Positions 18,183 to 28,384 of a stretch of DNA of 53,263 bases are shown here, in pieces. The notes under the pieces were generated by a model, which saw only the letters and a program-made list of their open reading frames with translations, was not told where the DNA came from and made no database searches. The position numbers were made by a program, and so were the translations under genes. The first letter of the stretch is position 1, and each line of letters starts with the position of its first letter. Source of the stretch: a virus (lineage: Duplodnaviria; Caudoviricetes); IMG/VR virus record IMGVR_UViG_3300036852_000419, positions 1 through 53,263 of that record; one strand, written 5' to 3'.

Positions 18183-18947
18183 TTAGCCGACGTAATAGAT
18201 GCGAGCAGTTCTACGAATGAAATAAACTCCTCGCACTGGATGCACCACGGGCATCGTCTGTTGCCCACTCGCGCCGTAAGTATTGTTGGCTGTGAATGGG
18301 AGTGATCGGTCAAGCACAAGGTTCACATCTTGAGCGAGATCGCCAGTGCCGCTGGCCGTGCTGCCGTTCGCGGGCACCCAATAGCCTGTGACCGAAGTGC
18401 GAACGTAGATTCCTTCTTCGTGCTTATGTGAGCCTACTTCATCTGTTGTTTGAAGATGAGCGCCTTCGCCGAAGTCCTCAGCGAGCGCGAGACTCTTAGC
18501 GGGGTTTGCTGTTGGAATCGCGCCCACGCCCATAGGAGAGCGGCCACGATATTCGGTAGCTTCTTCCCACATGGGACCAGAGGCATCACCCACTACGCCT
18601 GCGCTGCCACCGTCGTAGGTTTCGAGATCGCCTCCGCCGCCGATAGTGCCTTCGAAAAGGCGAAGGTCGTTGCCTGAAGCGGCTGCTGAGTTCGCGCGCA
18701 CCCAGAGACCCAGACTAGGATTCCACTTGTAGAACTGATTTGGATCGCTAGGCAGCCCGCCCACGGTCTTGAACCAGATCTTGGTGGTGTCAGCAGGAGC
18801 CGTGTCGCTGATGACGATGTTGTCCGTCGAGATGCTACTCTGAATCGTGGTCGCACTAATGATGTCATTCGTGAACTCTTGCAGCGAGCCAGGACAATAG
18901 CCGTCTGCGAGCGTCGGCGGAACGAGTTGAACAGGGAGCAGGGCCAT
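18183..18947 (-). CDS. Tail/collar-like structural protein
   Basis: Tail-collar-like motifs YRGRSPMGVG, GEGAHLQT.DE..SHKH and VHP...VYFIRR. Confidence 0.65.
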   Translation of the reverse strand: MALLPVQLVPPTLADGYCPGSLQEFTNDIISATTIQSSISTDNIVISDTAPADTTKIWFKTVGGLPSDPNQFYKWNPSLGLWVRANSAAASGNDLRLFEGTIGGGGDLETYDGGSAGVVGDASGPMWEEATEYRGRSPMGVGAIPTANPAKSLALAEDFGEGAHLQTTDEVGSHKHEEGIYVRTSVTGYWVPANGSTASGTGDLAQDVNLVLDRSLPFTANNTYGASGQQTMPVVHPVRGVYFIRRTARIYYVG

Positions 18948-18985
18948 TGTGAGTTATGTTATCGTTAAAGTAAGTGTATGCTCAC

Positions 18986-21388
18986 TCATGGAGTTGTGCA
19001 ATAGCTGATTGAGAGGGACCAGCCGGGGGAGCCGAGAGCGAGGTGACCGTCGAAATCACGGAGATAGTGTGCGTTCCAGCCCGTGCCAGCGGTATCCCAG
19101 TACCAGACGAAAGCGTAGCTATCCACGGGAATGCTGTTGCTGAGAGCGTAGGCAAGAAAGTCGGCCTGGAGATGAGCTTTCCACCAGAGAATGAGATCGG
19201 CATCATAGACCGTGTTCGGGTCGTCAGTGATGAGCGCGCCGTCGTTGCGCACGGGGAGACTGGTTGTGCCGTTGGTGCTATACCAGAGGTAGCCGTCGAT
19301 CTGAGTCCCGGCGCATCCGAGCACAGGTGGCGACGTGGGCGGCACGGGAGGCTCGTCTGGGACAGGAGGAGGCCAGCCTTGGTCGTCGATGAGCGGAGGC
19401 GGAGGCGGAGCGGGAGGCCAGCCGGGGGGCTCTGGGGGGTAGTCGGGGGGTGGAGCTGGCGGCGGCGTTCCCTCAGGTGGCGCCGGGGGCACGGGGTCAT
19501 CAGGATCATCAACTATCGAAGCGCAAGAATTGATTCCGTAGGTGAAGAGGAAGTTCCCACCGCACTCGCGAAAGACTTCGCAGTCTGCTTCTGCTACGCA
19601 TTGTTCATAGCGCGGCTCCGGCCAATCATAGGTCCAGAGGCGGAAGAGATCGAGCTGTGCGGGACCGTTGATTGAGAGCTTGGCTTGGAACTCGTAGCCG
19701 ATGCGCGCGATCTTGTTGGAAGCGGTTTCGCAGTCGTCGGGAGGCTGTGAGAGGAGCTTCGGGACGCGATACTGGGGCTGGTTCGGGAGCAGCGAGCAGC
19801 CGGGGAAGGTGGGCACACAGCCTTGAGTCGCGCAGTCACTCCAGCACCACTCTGAGGGCGCGGTCCAGACGGGGTAGCGGTCGGCGCGGAACGCGACACA
19901 GAAGCTCACATCTTTCACGAGATTCGAGCGGTAGAGCGTCGCGCCCATGAGACGCATGAGGTTCTTGGTAATGCCTTCGAAGCTGAAGCGATAGCTGGGA
20001 GTGTCGAGAGTCCAGGAGATCGCCTGGCTGCCGTCGGCGTCGAAGAGAGCGGAGCGAGTGACTTCGTAAAGCGAGATCTTGGAGAGCGAGTTGAGAGCGA
20101 ACGCGAAACAGCGGTCCACGCCACGGACTTGGAGATGAGAGATGTAGAGCGTGTCGAGTCCGGTCCAGAGGCCATCGTAAGCAGGGGGTGTGTCTTGGGC
20201 GAGAGACGATGCTTTCTGGAAATCGAGCGCCATGAGTCCGCGATGCACGACGCCACGCAGAGGGATCGAGACTGGCGAAGCGGTCATGAGCAGGCGGTTG
20301 TCAAAGAGCACCGCGCTGCCGTAGGCAAGGAGATCGATCTGATCGAAAGCGATGACACGGTCCATCTCGTAGCTGAGGGGGGTTGATCCCCACTTGCCTT
20401 CTTCGCGACGCGCTGCCTGAAAGCTCCTGATTCCGTCGTCAGCGCGATACCAGATGTCATTGTTAACGTTCAGCGTGGAGTAGTGACCAAGCGAGCCGTG
20501 AGAGAGCACACCCACGGTCTGGATGGGATACTCGACAACTTTCCAAAGCGTGCGGTCGAAGGGAGCGTTGACGAGGGCTGCACCGCCACTGTAGAAAACC
20601 GCGAGCGGACCCTGACCTAAAGTGGTATCGATAGTCGCCTGGGAGCGAAGAGCTGTGATCTCGTCACCCACAGTGAACGCACCGCCTTCGTTGAGAAAGT
20701 CGTTCTCGGTGAACTTGAGCACCGAGTCTCGGTAGCCATAAGCAGGCGTCCCGCTGGGTCCGAACACAAGGTCTCCCGCGATGAAGTCTCTGCCGTTGGG
20801 ATTCACGAGCCAGAGACGACCCAGCGCATATTTCATCATGCGACCGCCGGGCACTTCGCCCGCTGCGATGTTGGACTCGCGCACTGTAGCCCCGTCGTAG
20901 ATCAGCGGCACGCTCCAGCCGCCGTCTTGCCTGATCACGAACATCTCTGCTTGCTCGAACCAGACCTGAGGTTGCCAGGGCTGTGAGGCGGTCGCGGGAG
21001 TCATGTCAGTCACGATGAACGTGAGCGGATCGATGACGTAGAAGCGACCAGAGATGCTGCACAGGAGCTTGGAGACGCCAGCGTAGCGATAGATGAACCC
21101 GCCTTGCCAGAAGCCGGACTCGAAAGCGAGCTGCTCAGCCTCGGAAGCGAAGATCAGCGGACGGCAGAGAATCCCGGGGCGCTGCTTGGGAGTGCCGGAG
21201 CGAAACTGGGTGTTGGTGGCGAAAGAGAGTTGGTCTTGAGCGAGCTGGTTGGGAGAGACGCCAGAGTGAACACCGCGACCGATGTAGGAGAATCCGTCGA
21301 TGATTCGGCGCTGGTCTGAGACGCTGATACTAACCAACCTCCTTTTCCAGCCAAATGCCTGCATAGCACTGCACGCCGCCAAAAGCAT
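18986..21388 (-). CDS. Tail nozzle / stabilisation protein with Pro-rich linker
   Basis: About 800 aa, beta-rich (propeller-like), in the podovirus tail position; start codon uncertain. Confidence 0.65.
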   Translation of the reverse strand: MLLAACSAMQAFGWKRRLVSISVSDQRRIIDGFSYIGRGVHSGVSPNQLAQDQLSFATNTQFRSGTPKQRPGILCRPLIFASEAEQLAFESGFWQGGFIYRYAGVSKLLCSISGRFYVIDPLTFIVTDMTPATASQPWQPQVWFEQAEMFVIRQDGGWSVPLIYDGATVRESNIAAGEVPGGRMMKYALGRLWLVNPNGRDFIAGDLVFGPSGTPAYGYRDSVLKFTENDFLNEGGAFTVGDEITALRSQATIDTTLGQGPLAVFYSGGAALVNAPFDRTLWKVVEYPIQTVGVLSHGSLGHYSTLNVNNDIWYRADDGIRSFQAARREEGKWGSTPLSYEMDRVIAFDQIDLLAYGSAVLFDNRLLMTASPVSIPLRGVVHRGLMALDFQKASSLAQDTPPAYDGLWTGLDTLYISHLQVRGVDRCFAFALNSLSKISLYEVTRSALFDADGSQAISWTLDTPSYRFSFEGITKNLMRLMGATLYRSNLVKDVSFCVAFRADRYPVWTAPSEWCWSDCATQGCVPTFPGCSLLPNQPQYRVPKLLSQPPDDCETASNKIARIGYEFQAKLSINGPAQLDLFRLWTYDWPEPRYEQCVAEADCEVFRECGGNFLFTYGINSCASIVDDPDDPVPPAPPEGTPPPAPPPDYPPEPPGWPPAPPPPPLIDDQGWPPPVPDEPPVPPTSPPVLGCAGTQIDGYLWYSTNGTTSLPVRNDGALITDDPNTVYDADLILWWKAHLQADFLAYALSNSIPVDSYAFVWYWDTAGTGWNAHYLRDFDGHLALGSPGWSLSISYCTTP

Positions 21389-22589
21389 TCGCGATCCCGA
21401 AGCCGTCGCCTGCGTTCAGGGTCTCGCACTGCGCTTGGATTCTGATGTCCTCCGTCGCGGCTGTGATCGTGATACGGGCCTCGCCTTCGCTAGTGCTCAT
21501 GCAGGTGTCGGCAGCGGCGGATTTAGCGTTCGAGCCATAGCCAATGATCGCAGCAGTCGTGACATTGAAGAGCCGCGATTGAAAGCGATCCACCTGATAA
21601 CCGTGCATGTGCCAGTGGACGCGATAGACTCCGGTGGCCAGTGTGATCGTGTTAGCTGCAATTGAGCCTAGTCCGCCTGTGTCAGCGACCTCCGTGTTGA
21701 GCGGAACCGTGGCCCAGCCTGCGGCGGGATCGAAATCGCCTGCATTTGTGCCCGCAGCAAGCTGATGCTGATAGATGAGAATGTCCTGAGGCGTGCGCTG
21801 AACTCCGAGCGTGGTGCGCATCGCAGTGACTGTGGCATCGTCAATGACACTGCGCCCTGCGGCTGTGAGAGGGGTCTCTGCCCAGGTGTCAACACCTGTG
21901 GTGTAGGCGATGCGATCTGCCGCAGTGCCGAGAAGTGCGATGCTCGTGAGCGTGGCATCGAAAGCTTGAACAGTGACTCCGATGTCGGCGGGTTCGAGGC
22001 CGGTGGTGGGGGAGAGATAGTCGGTGCCGTCAGCAGCTATTGAAACGACGCCTGTGCCGGTAGTAGAGCGGAGGATGCCTGTAGCGAGCGCAGAGAGTGG
22101 CTGTTCGTTCGTGAGCGTCGCGTTGGGAGTCTGAGTGATATAGGTCGCGTTAACAGGCGCGGGAGAAGCTGCGGCAGCGCCTGCGGGACCTGTCACACCA
22201 CTGGGAGAGACTTTGCTATCGTTCGGAATAGCTGTCGCGGGCGCGGCGTTATCGGGATAAGTGCTCGTAGCTGCATCTTCGAGGTTCGTGAGCGTGACTC
22301 CTACGCCGTTGACGTTGAGAGCAGCCACGCGCATGTAACCAGCGACCTGGATGAAAAGCGTCTGACCAAGCGCCATCCAGGTATTGTCATCGACGACAGT
22401 GACGACGTTTGCGAGTTCAGCAGGCATCGTGAAGCCGCCATCGAGAAGAGTAAAAGCGTTAACGCCATCTGTGCCGTCAGCGCCAGCGGCTCCTGCTGCG
22501 CCGGTCGCGCCGGGGACGGTTGTGACAATGGGATCGCAACAGAGATCCTCAGCGGAGCAGCTCCCACCCTGCATTATTTGTGAACTCAC
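21330..22589 (-). CDS. Tail fibre protein with short collagen-like repeat
   Basis: GATGAAGAAGADGTDG; LTAAGRSVIDDATVTAMRTTLG fibre motif; Ala/Thr-rich. Confidence 0.7.
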   Translation of the reverse strand: MSSQIMQGGSCSAEDLCCDPIVTTVPGATGAAGAAGADGTDGVNAFTLLDGGFTMPAELANVVTVVDDNTWMALGQTLFIQVAGYMRVAALNVNGVGVTLTNLEDAATSTYPDNAAPATAIPNDSKVSPSGVTGPAGAAAASPAPVNATYITQTPNATLTNEQPLSALATGILRSTTGTGVVSIAADGTDYLSPTTGLEPADIGVTVQAFDATLTSIALLGTAADRIAYTTGVDTWAETPLTAAGRSVIDDATVTAMRTTLGVQRTPQDILIYQHQLAAGTNAGDFDPAAGWATVPLNTEVADTGGLGSIAANTITLATGVYRVHWHMHGYQVDRFQSRLFNVTTAAIIGYGSNAKSAAADTCMSTSEGEARITITAATEDIRIQAQCETLNAGDGFGIANAFGGVQCYAGIWLEKEVG

Positions 22590-22594
22590 TTCTC

Positions 22595-22624
22595 CACTCT
22601 AACACGTTCAGCCAGAGAGTCGAG
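22595..22624 (-). promoter_or_regulatory. Promoter for the tail operon
   Basis: Minus strand TCGACT-16 nt-(TGn)TAGAGT a few nt before the GTG at 22589. Confidence 0.5.
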
Positions 22625-22718
22625 CACGGATTTTAGATGAGCTAACCGCTTGACGAGAGCAAAAGAACTTCTCTAAGCTTGACATTTGACAAGGGTTTGG
22701 GTAAGCTCTGAATCAAGA

Positions 22719-23156
22719 ATGAGATGTCCAGACTGTAACAAGTTCGTTTCTTATGATGAACCTCAGTGTGAAATCGAAAGCGTAGATCTGAACGACACTT
22801 CCGTTCATGCTAGCGTAACAGTTCAATTGAATTGTGCTGATTGCGGGACCACTTTGAAAGACTCCGTGATCGAATCCGAAGTGGAGTTCGATCACAAATG
22901 CACCCAACCAGCCTCGCCAGACTTCAAAGAAGGTGAGAATGATCATTTCGAGATTGAGAATGATGGTGATCCAGAGGGCACCAGCCGAACTCAAGATAAG
23001 GATCGTAACGGGAAACAGATCAAATCGTCTCGGTATATGAGAACATTTTATGGGTTCACGCTTGAACCTGAAATCAAATGTTGCAAGTGTGGTGAAGTTT
23101 TCAGCGTTACGCTCGAAGGAGAAGAGCAGGCGAGTGGATTCAATGAATGTTGCTGA
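22719..23156 (+). CDS. Cys-rich zinc-binding protein upstream of the terminase
   Basis: CPDC, CADC, CCKC motifs; ATG at 22719. Confidence 0.65.
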   Translation: MRCPDCNKFVSYDEPQCEIESVDLNDTSVHASVTVQLNCADCGTTLKDSVIESEVEFDHKCTQPASPDFKEGENDHFEIENDGDPEGTSRTQDKDRNGKQIKSSRYMRTFYGFTLEPEIKCCKCGEVFSVTLEGEEQASGFNECC

Positions 23157-24967
23157 TGGACCTCTCTCAACATCGCTACTCCTACGGCGCGATCAAAGCG
23201 ACCTGCCCGGCGAGGCTGGAACTGGAAGCGATCAAGCGGTGTCTTTACTCTGGCGACTCTTTCCCTGGCGGCCTCACTCTCGCAGAGCACACCAAGAAGT
23301 TCTGCAAGCTCGCGATGCCTGACTTCGTGTGGCACCGCTGGAACGACATGATGATCGAGGAAGTGAGCAAGGGCGGGACGACTCCGATCTGGGGACCTGC
23401 GAGCGCAGGGAAGACAGCTTTTGCTGCTGTGGCTCCGCTGCTCGCGTGGTACTGGGCTGTGCCGGATGAATTCACGGGGCTGTGCTCGACCACGGACAAA
23501 GAGAGACTGGAGCTGCGGGTATTCGGAGAGGTCAAGATGCGGTTCAAGGAGGCACGCGAGCGCTATCCATGGCTCGCAGGGAACCTCATCGACTCGCGCC
23601 AGCGCATCACGACGGACGCGAAAGACACTGAGGGTCGTGACTTCCGCAACGGCATCCTTGGCATCGCGTGCAAGCGTGGCGGAGAGTGGCAGGGCCTGGG
23701 CGACTATGCGGGCATCAAGAACAAGTTCGTGGTGCTGATCGCCGATGAGTTTCATCTCATGCAAGAGACCATGAGTAAAGGGATCACGAATCTGAAGTCC
23801 AACAACAACAACGGACGCTTTTTCTTCGTGCCGCTAGGCAACCTCGTGGATCTGGAGACGCCGCTCGGACAAGCAGCGGAGCCCGACTGTGGCTGGGACG
23901 CGATGCCGGATAGCAAAGTGAGCCGCGTTTATAAGACCAAAGCTTTCAACGGGAGAGCAATTCAGCTTGTGGGGAAGGACTCGCCGAACTTTGATTTTCC
24001 AGCGGGACAGGAGCCGTATCCTTATTTGATCGGAAGGAACTTCATCGCTGAGCTGAAGCATGACTGTGGCGAAGGCTCACCAGAGTATATCGCGCAAGCT
24101 GGCGGCTTGATCCCACGTGTGTCGTTAGCGAACCGCGTGATCACAAAAGAAATCTGCCAGAAGTTTCAAGCATTTGAGCCTGTCGTGTGGGGGAACGAGA
24201 AGCTCGAGAAGCTATATGCAATGGATGTGAGTTATACGATTGAACACGGAGATCGCACGTGTGGAGCGCCGTTTGGGTTTGGGAAGGACATTGACGGGAA
24301 ACTCAGGCTGTGCTTTCTGGAGCCCCCGCGAGTGTTCTCGTTCTATAGCACAGGGCCACAGACGACGGTGGAGGAGCATATCGCGAACGAAGTGAAGCTG
24401 GAGCTGGCGAGACTTGAGATTCCAGACACGCACTTCTTCTATGATGGCACCGGGAGATCGAGCTTCACAGCGGCAGCGATGCGAGTGATCTCGATCAAAG
24501 TCCAGCCTGTGGAGTTTGGCGGGAGAGCGAGTGAGAGGCCAAACTTCATTGGACGGAGGTATCCTCGCGACCACAAAGACGTGAGAAAGCGCGGCGAACT
24601 GATGCCCTGCTCAGAGGTGTTTGACAAATTCGTGACTGAGCTTTGGTTCGCGACACGCTATCTCATTGAGGCTGATCAGATGCGAGACCTGCCTCAAGAC
24701 ACCGCGCGCGACGGTTTCCAGCGTCTCTGGACTCTCGTGGCAGGGAACAAGATGAGCGTGGAGAGCAAGAAGGATATGAAGAAGCGGCTCAACAGGAGCC
24801 CCGACCTCTACGACATGTTCGCAGTGGCCGTAGAAGCTGCGCGACGCCTGGGCTTCGTGATTGGCCAGGGCCTGGGAGCACGGAACTCCCGAGGCGCTGC
24901 GTGGCTGGGCGCACTGGGACGGGATTATAGAGAACAAGTGAAAGCGAAGGAGTTGAGCTACGGCTGA
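23147..24967 (+). CDS. terL: Terminase large subunit
   Basis: Walker A GPASAGKT, Walker B LIADE, coupling motif LGN; RNase H-like acidic residues YAMD, YDGTG and RSPDLYD. Confidence 0.9.
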   Translation: MLLMDLSQHRYSYGAIKATCPARLELEAIKRCLYSGDSFPGGLTLAEHTKKFCKLAMPDFVWHRWNDMMIEEVSKGGTTPIWGPASAGKTAFAAVAPLLAWYWAVPDEFTGLCSTTDKERLELRVFGEVKMRFKEARERYPWLAGNLIDSRQRITTDAKDTEGRDFRNGILGIACKRGGEWQGLGDYAGIKNKFVVLIADEFHLMQETMSKGITNLKSNNNNGRFFFVPLGNLVDLETPLGQAAEPDCGWDAMPDSKVSRVYKTKAFNGRAIQLVGKDSPNFDFPAGQEPYPYLIGRNFIAELKHDCGEGSPEYIAQAGGLIPRVSLANRVITKEICQKFQAFEPVVWGNEKLEKLYAMDVSYTIEHGDRTCGAPFGFGKDIDGKLRLCFLEPPRVFSFYSTGPQTTVEEHIANEVKLELARLEIPDTHFFYDGTGRSSFTAAAMRVISIKVQPVEFGGRASERPNFIGRRYPRDHKDVRKRGELMPCSEVFDKFVTELWFATRYLIEADQMRDLPQDTARDGFQRLWTLVAGNKMSVESKKDMKKRLNRSPDLYDMFAVAVEAARRLGFVIGQGLGARNSRGAAWLGALGRDYREQVKAKELSYG

Positions 24968-24968
24968 T

Positions 24969-25124
24969 ATGAACTGCGAAGCATGCGATGGCACGGGAAA
25001 CTCAAGCATAGCTGGCCAACCCTGCTTTCTCTGTGATGGAACCGGAAAGCGATGTGACGTTTGCGGCGAAGCTAGTGATCAAGCGGGCGAGGATGTCTGT
25101 TCTAAGTGTGAGAGTCAATCATGA
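24969..25124 (+). CDS. Small DnaJ-type zinc-finger protein (51 aa, not in the ORF track)
   Basis: MNCEACDGTG...CFLCDGTG..CDVC...CSKC. Confidence 0.6.
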   Translation: MNCEACDGTGNSSIAGQPCFLCDGTGKRCDVCGEASDQAGEDVCSKCESQS

Positions 25125-25228
25125 TCATTAGCGCTTTCATCTATATTCTGCTCGCGTGGTTCGTGGTAAGCATTGTGTTTGCGTGGCTGTGGAGCAGAGC
25201 ACCACGGGGGGAGAAGCGAGACGAATGA

Positions 25229-25406
25229 TATGAACTTTTTCCGATTCGCAACTGAGTCACCATGGTTGAGCTTTTTCATGCTGCTCATGATTTGCTCCCT
25301 ATTGTGTAAGTCATGGCGAGCACTAATGCGCTGTCTGAATGTGCGTGCCAAAGGCTGGCCTCCACCTCATGTTGACGCGAACGGCGAATTCAAGAGCGAC
25401 GACTAG
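25229..25406 (+). CDS. Small membrane protein
   Basis: Hydrophobic segment followed by GWPPPHVDANG; start is approximate. Confidence 0.45.
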
Positions 25407-25410
25407 CCCC

Positions 25411-25725
25411 ATGCCCCTCCACTCCACCTCCAAACACCCTCCCAAGGGCTGGCTCTATCGCGAACTGATCGCGGGACGATACTGGACCGCGCCGGACCCG
25501 ATGCTGGGATTTGAGATGGTGGCGAAGGCGCTGTGTGCGGCGAGAGCGAATAACAAAGTGAAGACGACGCTGGCAGAGTGCAAGGAGGCTGTTGCGAACT
25601 TCACGTGCAAGAGGCTTGACAATGATGTGCGCTGGTGCGTGCAGGCGAGTAATCCGCAAGCAGCGGCTGTGGCAGCGAAAGCGAAGCGAGAGTGTGCGGG
25701 ATGTGGAAGAAAGCGAAAGAAATGA
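25411..25725 (+). CDS. Hypothetical Cys-rich protein
   Basis: ATG at 25411; PPKGW motif and C-terminal CAGCG. Confidence 0.6.
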   Translation: MPLHSTSKHPPKGWLYRELIAGRYWTAPDPMLGFEMVAKALCAARANNKVKTTLAECKEAVANFTCKRLDNDVRWCVQASNPQAAAVAAKAKRECAGCGRKRKK

Positions 25726-25863
25726 AACTACTCGATTGGCTAAAATCTCGACAAAGCTTGCTAGCGGAGAATGAGCGTCTGCGAGCTGAAGTGTTTCACA
25801 TGCGAGCACTTCACGCTGAATGGGCGAAAAACGACTGGATGAGCACTGGGAAAACGTAAAGCA

Positions 25864-26211
25864 ATGAGCCTCACTCACTGGATTCTTTCTGGTCATAAGC
25901 CGGTCGCGCCGGAGGTGGCTGAAGCGCGCGCTCGAATCTGCGCGATCTGCCCTCTGAACGAAATCGAGGATCTCTACGAGAGCGCGAAGGGCGTGGCGGC
26001 GAGAGTGATCAAGGCGGCGCTGAGGCGAAAGCATGAGATGAAACTCACGACCGCGTATACCAAGGATCTACACGTGTGCGGGGCTTGCGGGTGTGATCTT
26101 CAGCTTCTCGTGCATGCTCCGTCTGAGACACTAGACACAGAGAAGCATCTTGCTGAACTTCATGTGAATTGCTGGCAGCTCTTGGAACTCAAAGAGGCTC
26201 AATCGCGATGA
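25864..26211 (+). CDS. Cys-rich zinc-binding protein
   Basis: RICAICPLN...CGACGC...CW. Confidence 0.65.
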   Translation: MSLTHWILSGHKPVAPEVAEARARICAICPLNEIEDLYESAKGVAARVIKAALRRKHEMKLTTAYTKDLHVCGACGCDLQLLVHAPSETLDTEKHLAELHVNCWQLLELKEAQSR

Positions 26212-27812
26212 AGCTTTTAGTAGTGATTCCGTTCACCGCTCGCGATCTTCAGCTCACACTTGGCTTGCTAGACTGGATTTCGCATCTCGGCGGCTGCCTC
26301 GACAACCCTTGTCTGCTCGTGCAAGATTGCCGACTAGCGCAGGACACAGGGAAGTCCGTGTTCGAGAGTGCATCAAAGATCTTCAAGAACGTGGAAGTGA
26401 TCTCGACACCACATCCTCTGCAAAGCGAAGTCTGGCCAGCAGGACCAAACTGGATGTTTGAGACGACGCTCCTCCACATGCAGAAGAGTAAAGCTCAGCT
26501 CCCGTGGCTCTGGCTTGAGCCCGACGCGGTGCCAATGAAAGAGGGCTGGCTGCGCGACCTGGAGAACACCTACAACAGCGTGTGCAAGCGCAAGCCCTAC
26601 GTGGGACAAGTGATTCTGCCAGGGCTGCCTAAGATGCCGAGCGAGATGCTCTCTGGCGTCGCGATCTATCCGCCCGATGCGCATAAGCTCATGCTGGGAC
26701 CGCTCTCGCAAGGCAGGCTCCGAGTTGCGTTCGACGTGAGCACGGCGCTTCACGTCGTTCCGCATGCGCTGCACACGCGCCTGATCTTCAACTGGCACGG
26801 GCTCAAAGATCTCCCGCCGACGTTCGTGAGAGTGCTAGAGCGCGGGCATCCCAAGAATGCACTCACGCTGAAGCATATCCCGCCGCAGACGGTGCTCTTT
26901 CACAGGTGCAAGGATGGGAGCCTTATCAATCTTCTGCGCGGTGACACCGATGCCACGATCCCTCAGCTCTGGATGGCGTGGAAGATGAATACGCGGATCG
27001 AGAAGCCGGGGGTGGTCTCGATTCCAGCCGTGAAGCGCAGTGAGCGTTCACCCACTTTCTACCATGTATGTGAACGACACACGCAGCGAACGCCTCAGGA
27101 CGACAAGCGCGTCATGACAGCAGTGCGGAGTTGGATCACGCTTTACAAAACTAGGCGAGTCGTGCCCACGCATCTGTGGGAGTATGACTATCCTAGGAGC
27201 GCGAGACAGCTTGGGGATAAGCGCGATCTGCCTTATTTCAAGGATGTGATCGCGGAGGGACTGTGGAGATGCAAGCGGGACGACGACGTGATTCTGTGGA
27301 CTAACGATGATACAGTGCTGCATCCGGACGTCGTGCAAGCGCTGACCGAACGCCTCAAGACCACCGACTGCGTAGGGAGCTTTCGCGTGAACTTTGACAA
27401 GGTGACGGAAGAGAGCCTCAAGCTCACCCCCCAAGCGCTCGCGGCGAATGGTGAGAAGAACGGCGATGGCACACTGCGCATTGATCTCGGTCGTGATCTC
27501 TTCGCGTGGCGCAAGAGCTGGCTGGTGGAGAACTGGCTCGCGATTCCAGACTTCCTGCTGGGCGAGCTTGAGTTCGATGTCGTGATGGCAGTGATGGTGA
27601 GGCGGGAGAGCGGAGTGTTTACGGACAAGCGCAACGTGCTTCAGATCATGCCGGGGTGCGAAATTGACAGGGGCTATGTGCTGCATGAGAAGCATGAGCG
27701 CCAGTGGACTGCGAAGGAAGCGAAGGACAGCGCGGCGAAGATTCACAACAAGAGGCTGGCGATTGAGTTTTATGCGACGAATGGGTATCCCAGTCTGATC
27801 TCGAATTTCTGA
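26208..27812 (+). CDS. Two-domain glycosyltransferase-like protein
   Basis: N-terminal LLVVIPF strand with WLEPD, and a second GT-A-like domain with ILWTNDD; ATG at 26208. Confidence 0.6.
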   Translation: MKLLVVIPFTARDLQLTLGLLDWISHLGGCLDNPCLLVQDCRLAQDTGKSVFESASKIFKNVEVISTPHPLQSEVWPAGPNWMFETTLLHMQKSKAQLPWLWLEPDAVPMKEGWLRDLENTYNSVCKRKPYVGQVILPGLPKMPSEMLSGVAIYPPDAHKLMLGPLSQGRLRVAFDVSTALHVVPHALHTRLIFNWHGLKDLPPTFVRVLERGHPKNALTLKHIPPQTVLFHRCKDGSLINLLRGDTDATIPQLWMAWKMNTRIEKPGVVSIPAVKRSERSPTFYHVCERHTQRTPQDDKRVMTAVRSWITLYKTRRVVPTHLWEYDYPRSARQLGDKRDLPYFKDVIAEGLWRCKRDDDVILWTNDDTVLHPDVVQALTERLKTTDCVGSFRVNFDKVTEESLKLTPQALAANGEKNGDGTLRIDLGRDLFAWRKSWLVENWLAIPDFLLGELEFDVVMAVMVRRESGVFTDKRNVLQIMPGCEIDRGYVLHEKHERQWTAKEAKDSAAKIHNKRLAIEFYATNGYPSLISNF

Positions 27813-27815
27813 CTT

Positions 27816-28142
27816 ATGCGCTATTACCAAAACGATTACGACTCAATTCGCCGACAAGTCGAAGCAACTGAGATGGATGATAAGCCTACCTCACAAGAAC
27901 CCATGACATTAGATTGGGTGCATGATAAAGAACGCCGTCCAGCCATCGCAAGCTGGTATCGTGTGAAGCACGGATTGAGCGAGTGGTTTGCTTATCGTTC
28001 GATTCAATCAGGTGGATGGTGGGTTAAGAAGAAGCCTGATGGCTGGGCGATGAGTCCAGAAATCACTTTGTGGCGCACGCTCGACTCAATGGGAGCTATG
28101 CAAGACACGACCGCAATCGAACTAGAACCAATCGAACCATGA
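27816..28142 (+). CDS. Hypothetical protein
   Basis: 108-aa Trp-rich ORF packed in the operon. Confidence 0.6.
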   Translation: MRYYQNDYDSIRRQVEATEMDDKPTSQEPMTLDWVHDKERRPAIASWYRVKHGLSEWFAYRSIQSGGWWVKKKPDGWAMSPEITLWRTLDSMGAMQDTTAIELEPIEP

Positions 28143-28384
28143 CCGACTCACACAAAGCACTTCTCTACGCACCGCACAAGCAAGTGTGCGCGGACTACTG
28201 GAGGCGACGCGCTGACGATATGCCCATGAAACTCAGGCAAGCGTTTCTCGCACGAGCTAACCAGCTCTGCCCCGTGTGGGGATTCGAAGCCAGCGACATC
28301 ATGCGCAACCCGCTCTATGAAGACTGGTGGACGAGGGTGCTGGGCTGGACGAGGGTGCTGGGCTGGAGGAGGCCGAACGGATGA
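28139..28384 (+). CDS. Hypothetical protein with an 18-bp tandem duplication
   Basis: ATGA overlaps; WTRVLG repeated twice. Confidence 0.55.
   Translation: MTDSHKALLYAPHKQVCADYWRRRADDMPMKLRQAFLARANQLCPVWGFEASDIMRNPLYEDWWTRVLGWTRVLGWRRPNG

Noticed and set aside
28328-28363. 18-bp tandem duplication TGGACGAGGGTGCTGGGC x2
   Set aside because: Only two in-frame copies at a gene end; consistent with simple slippage
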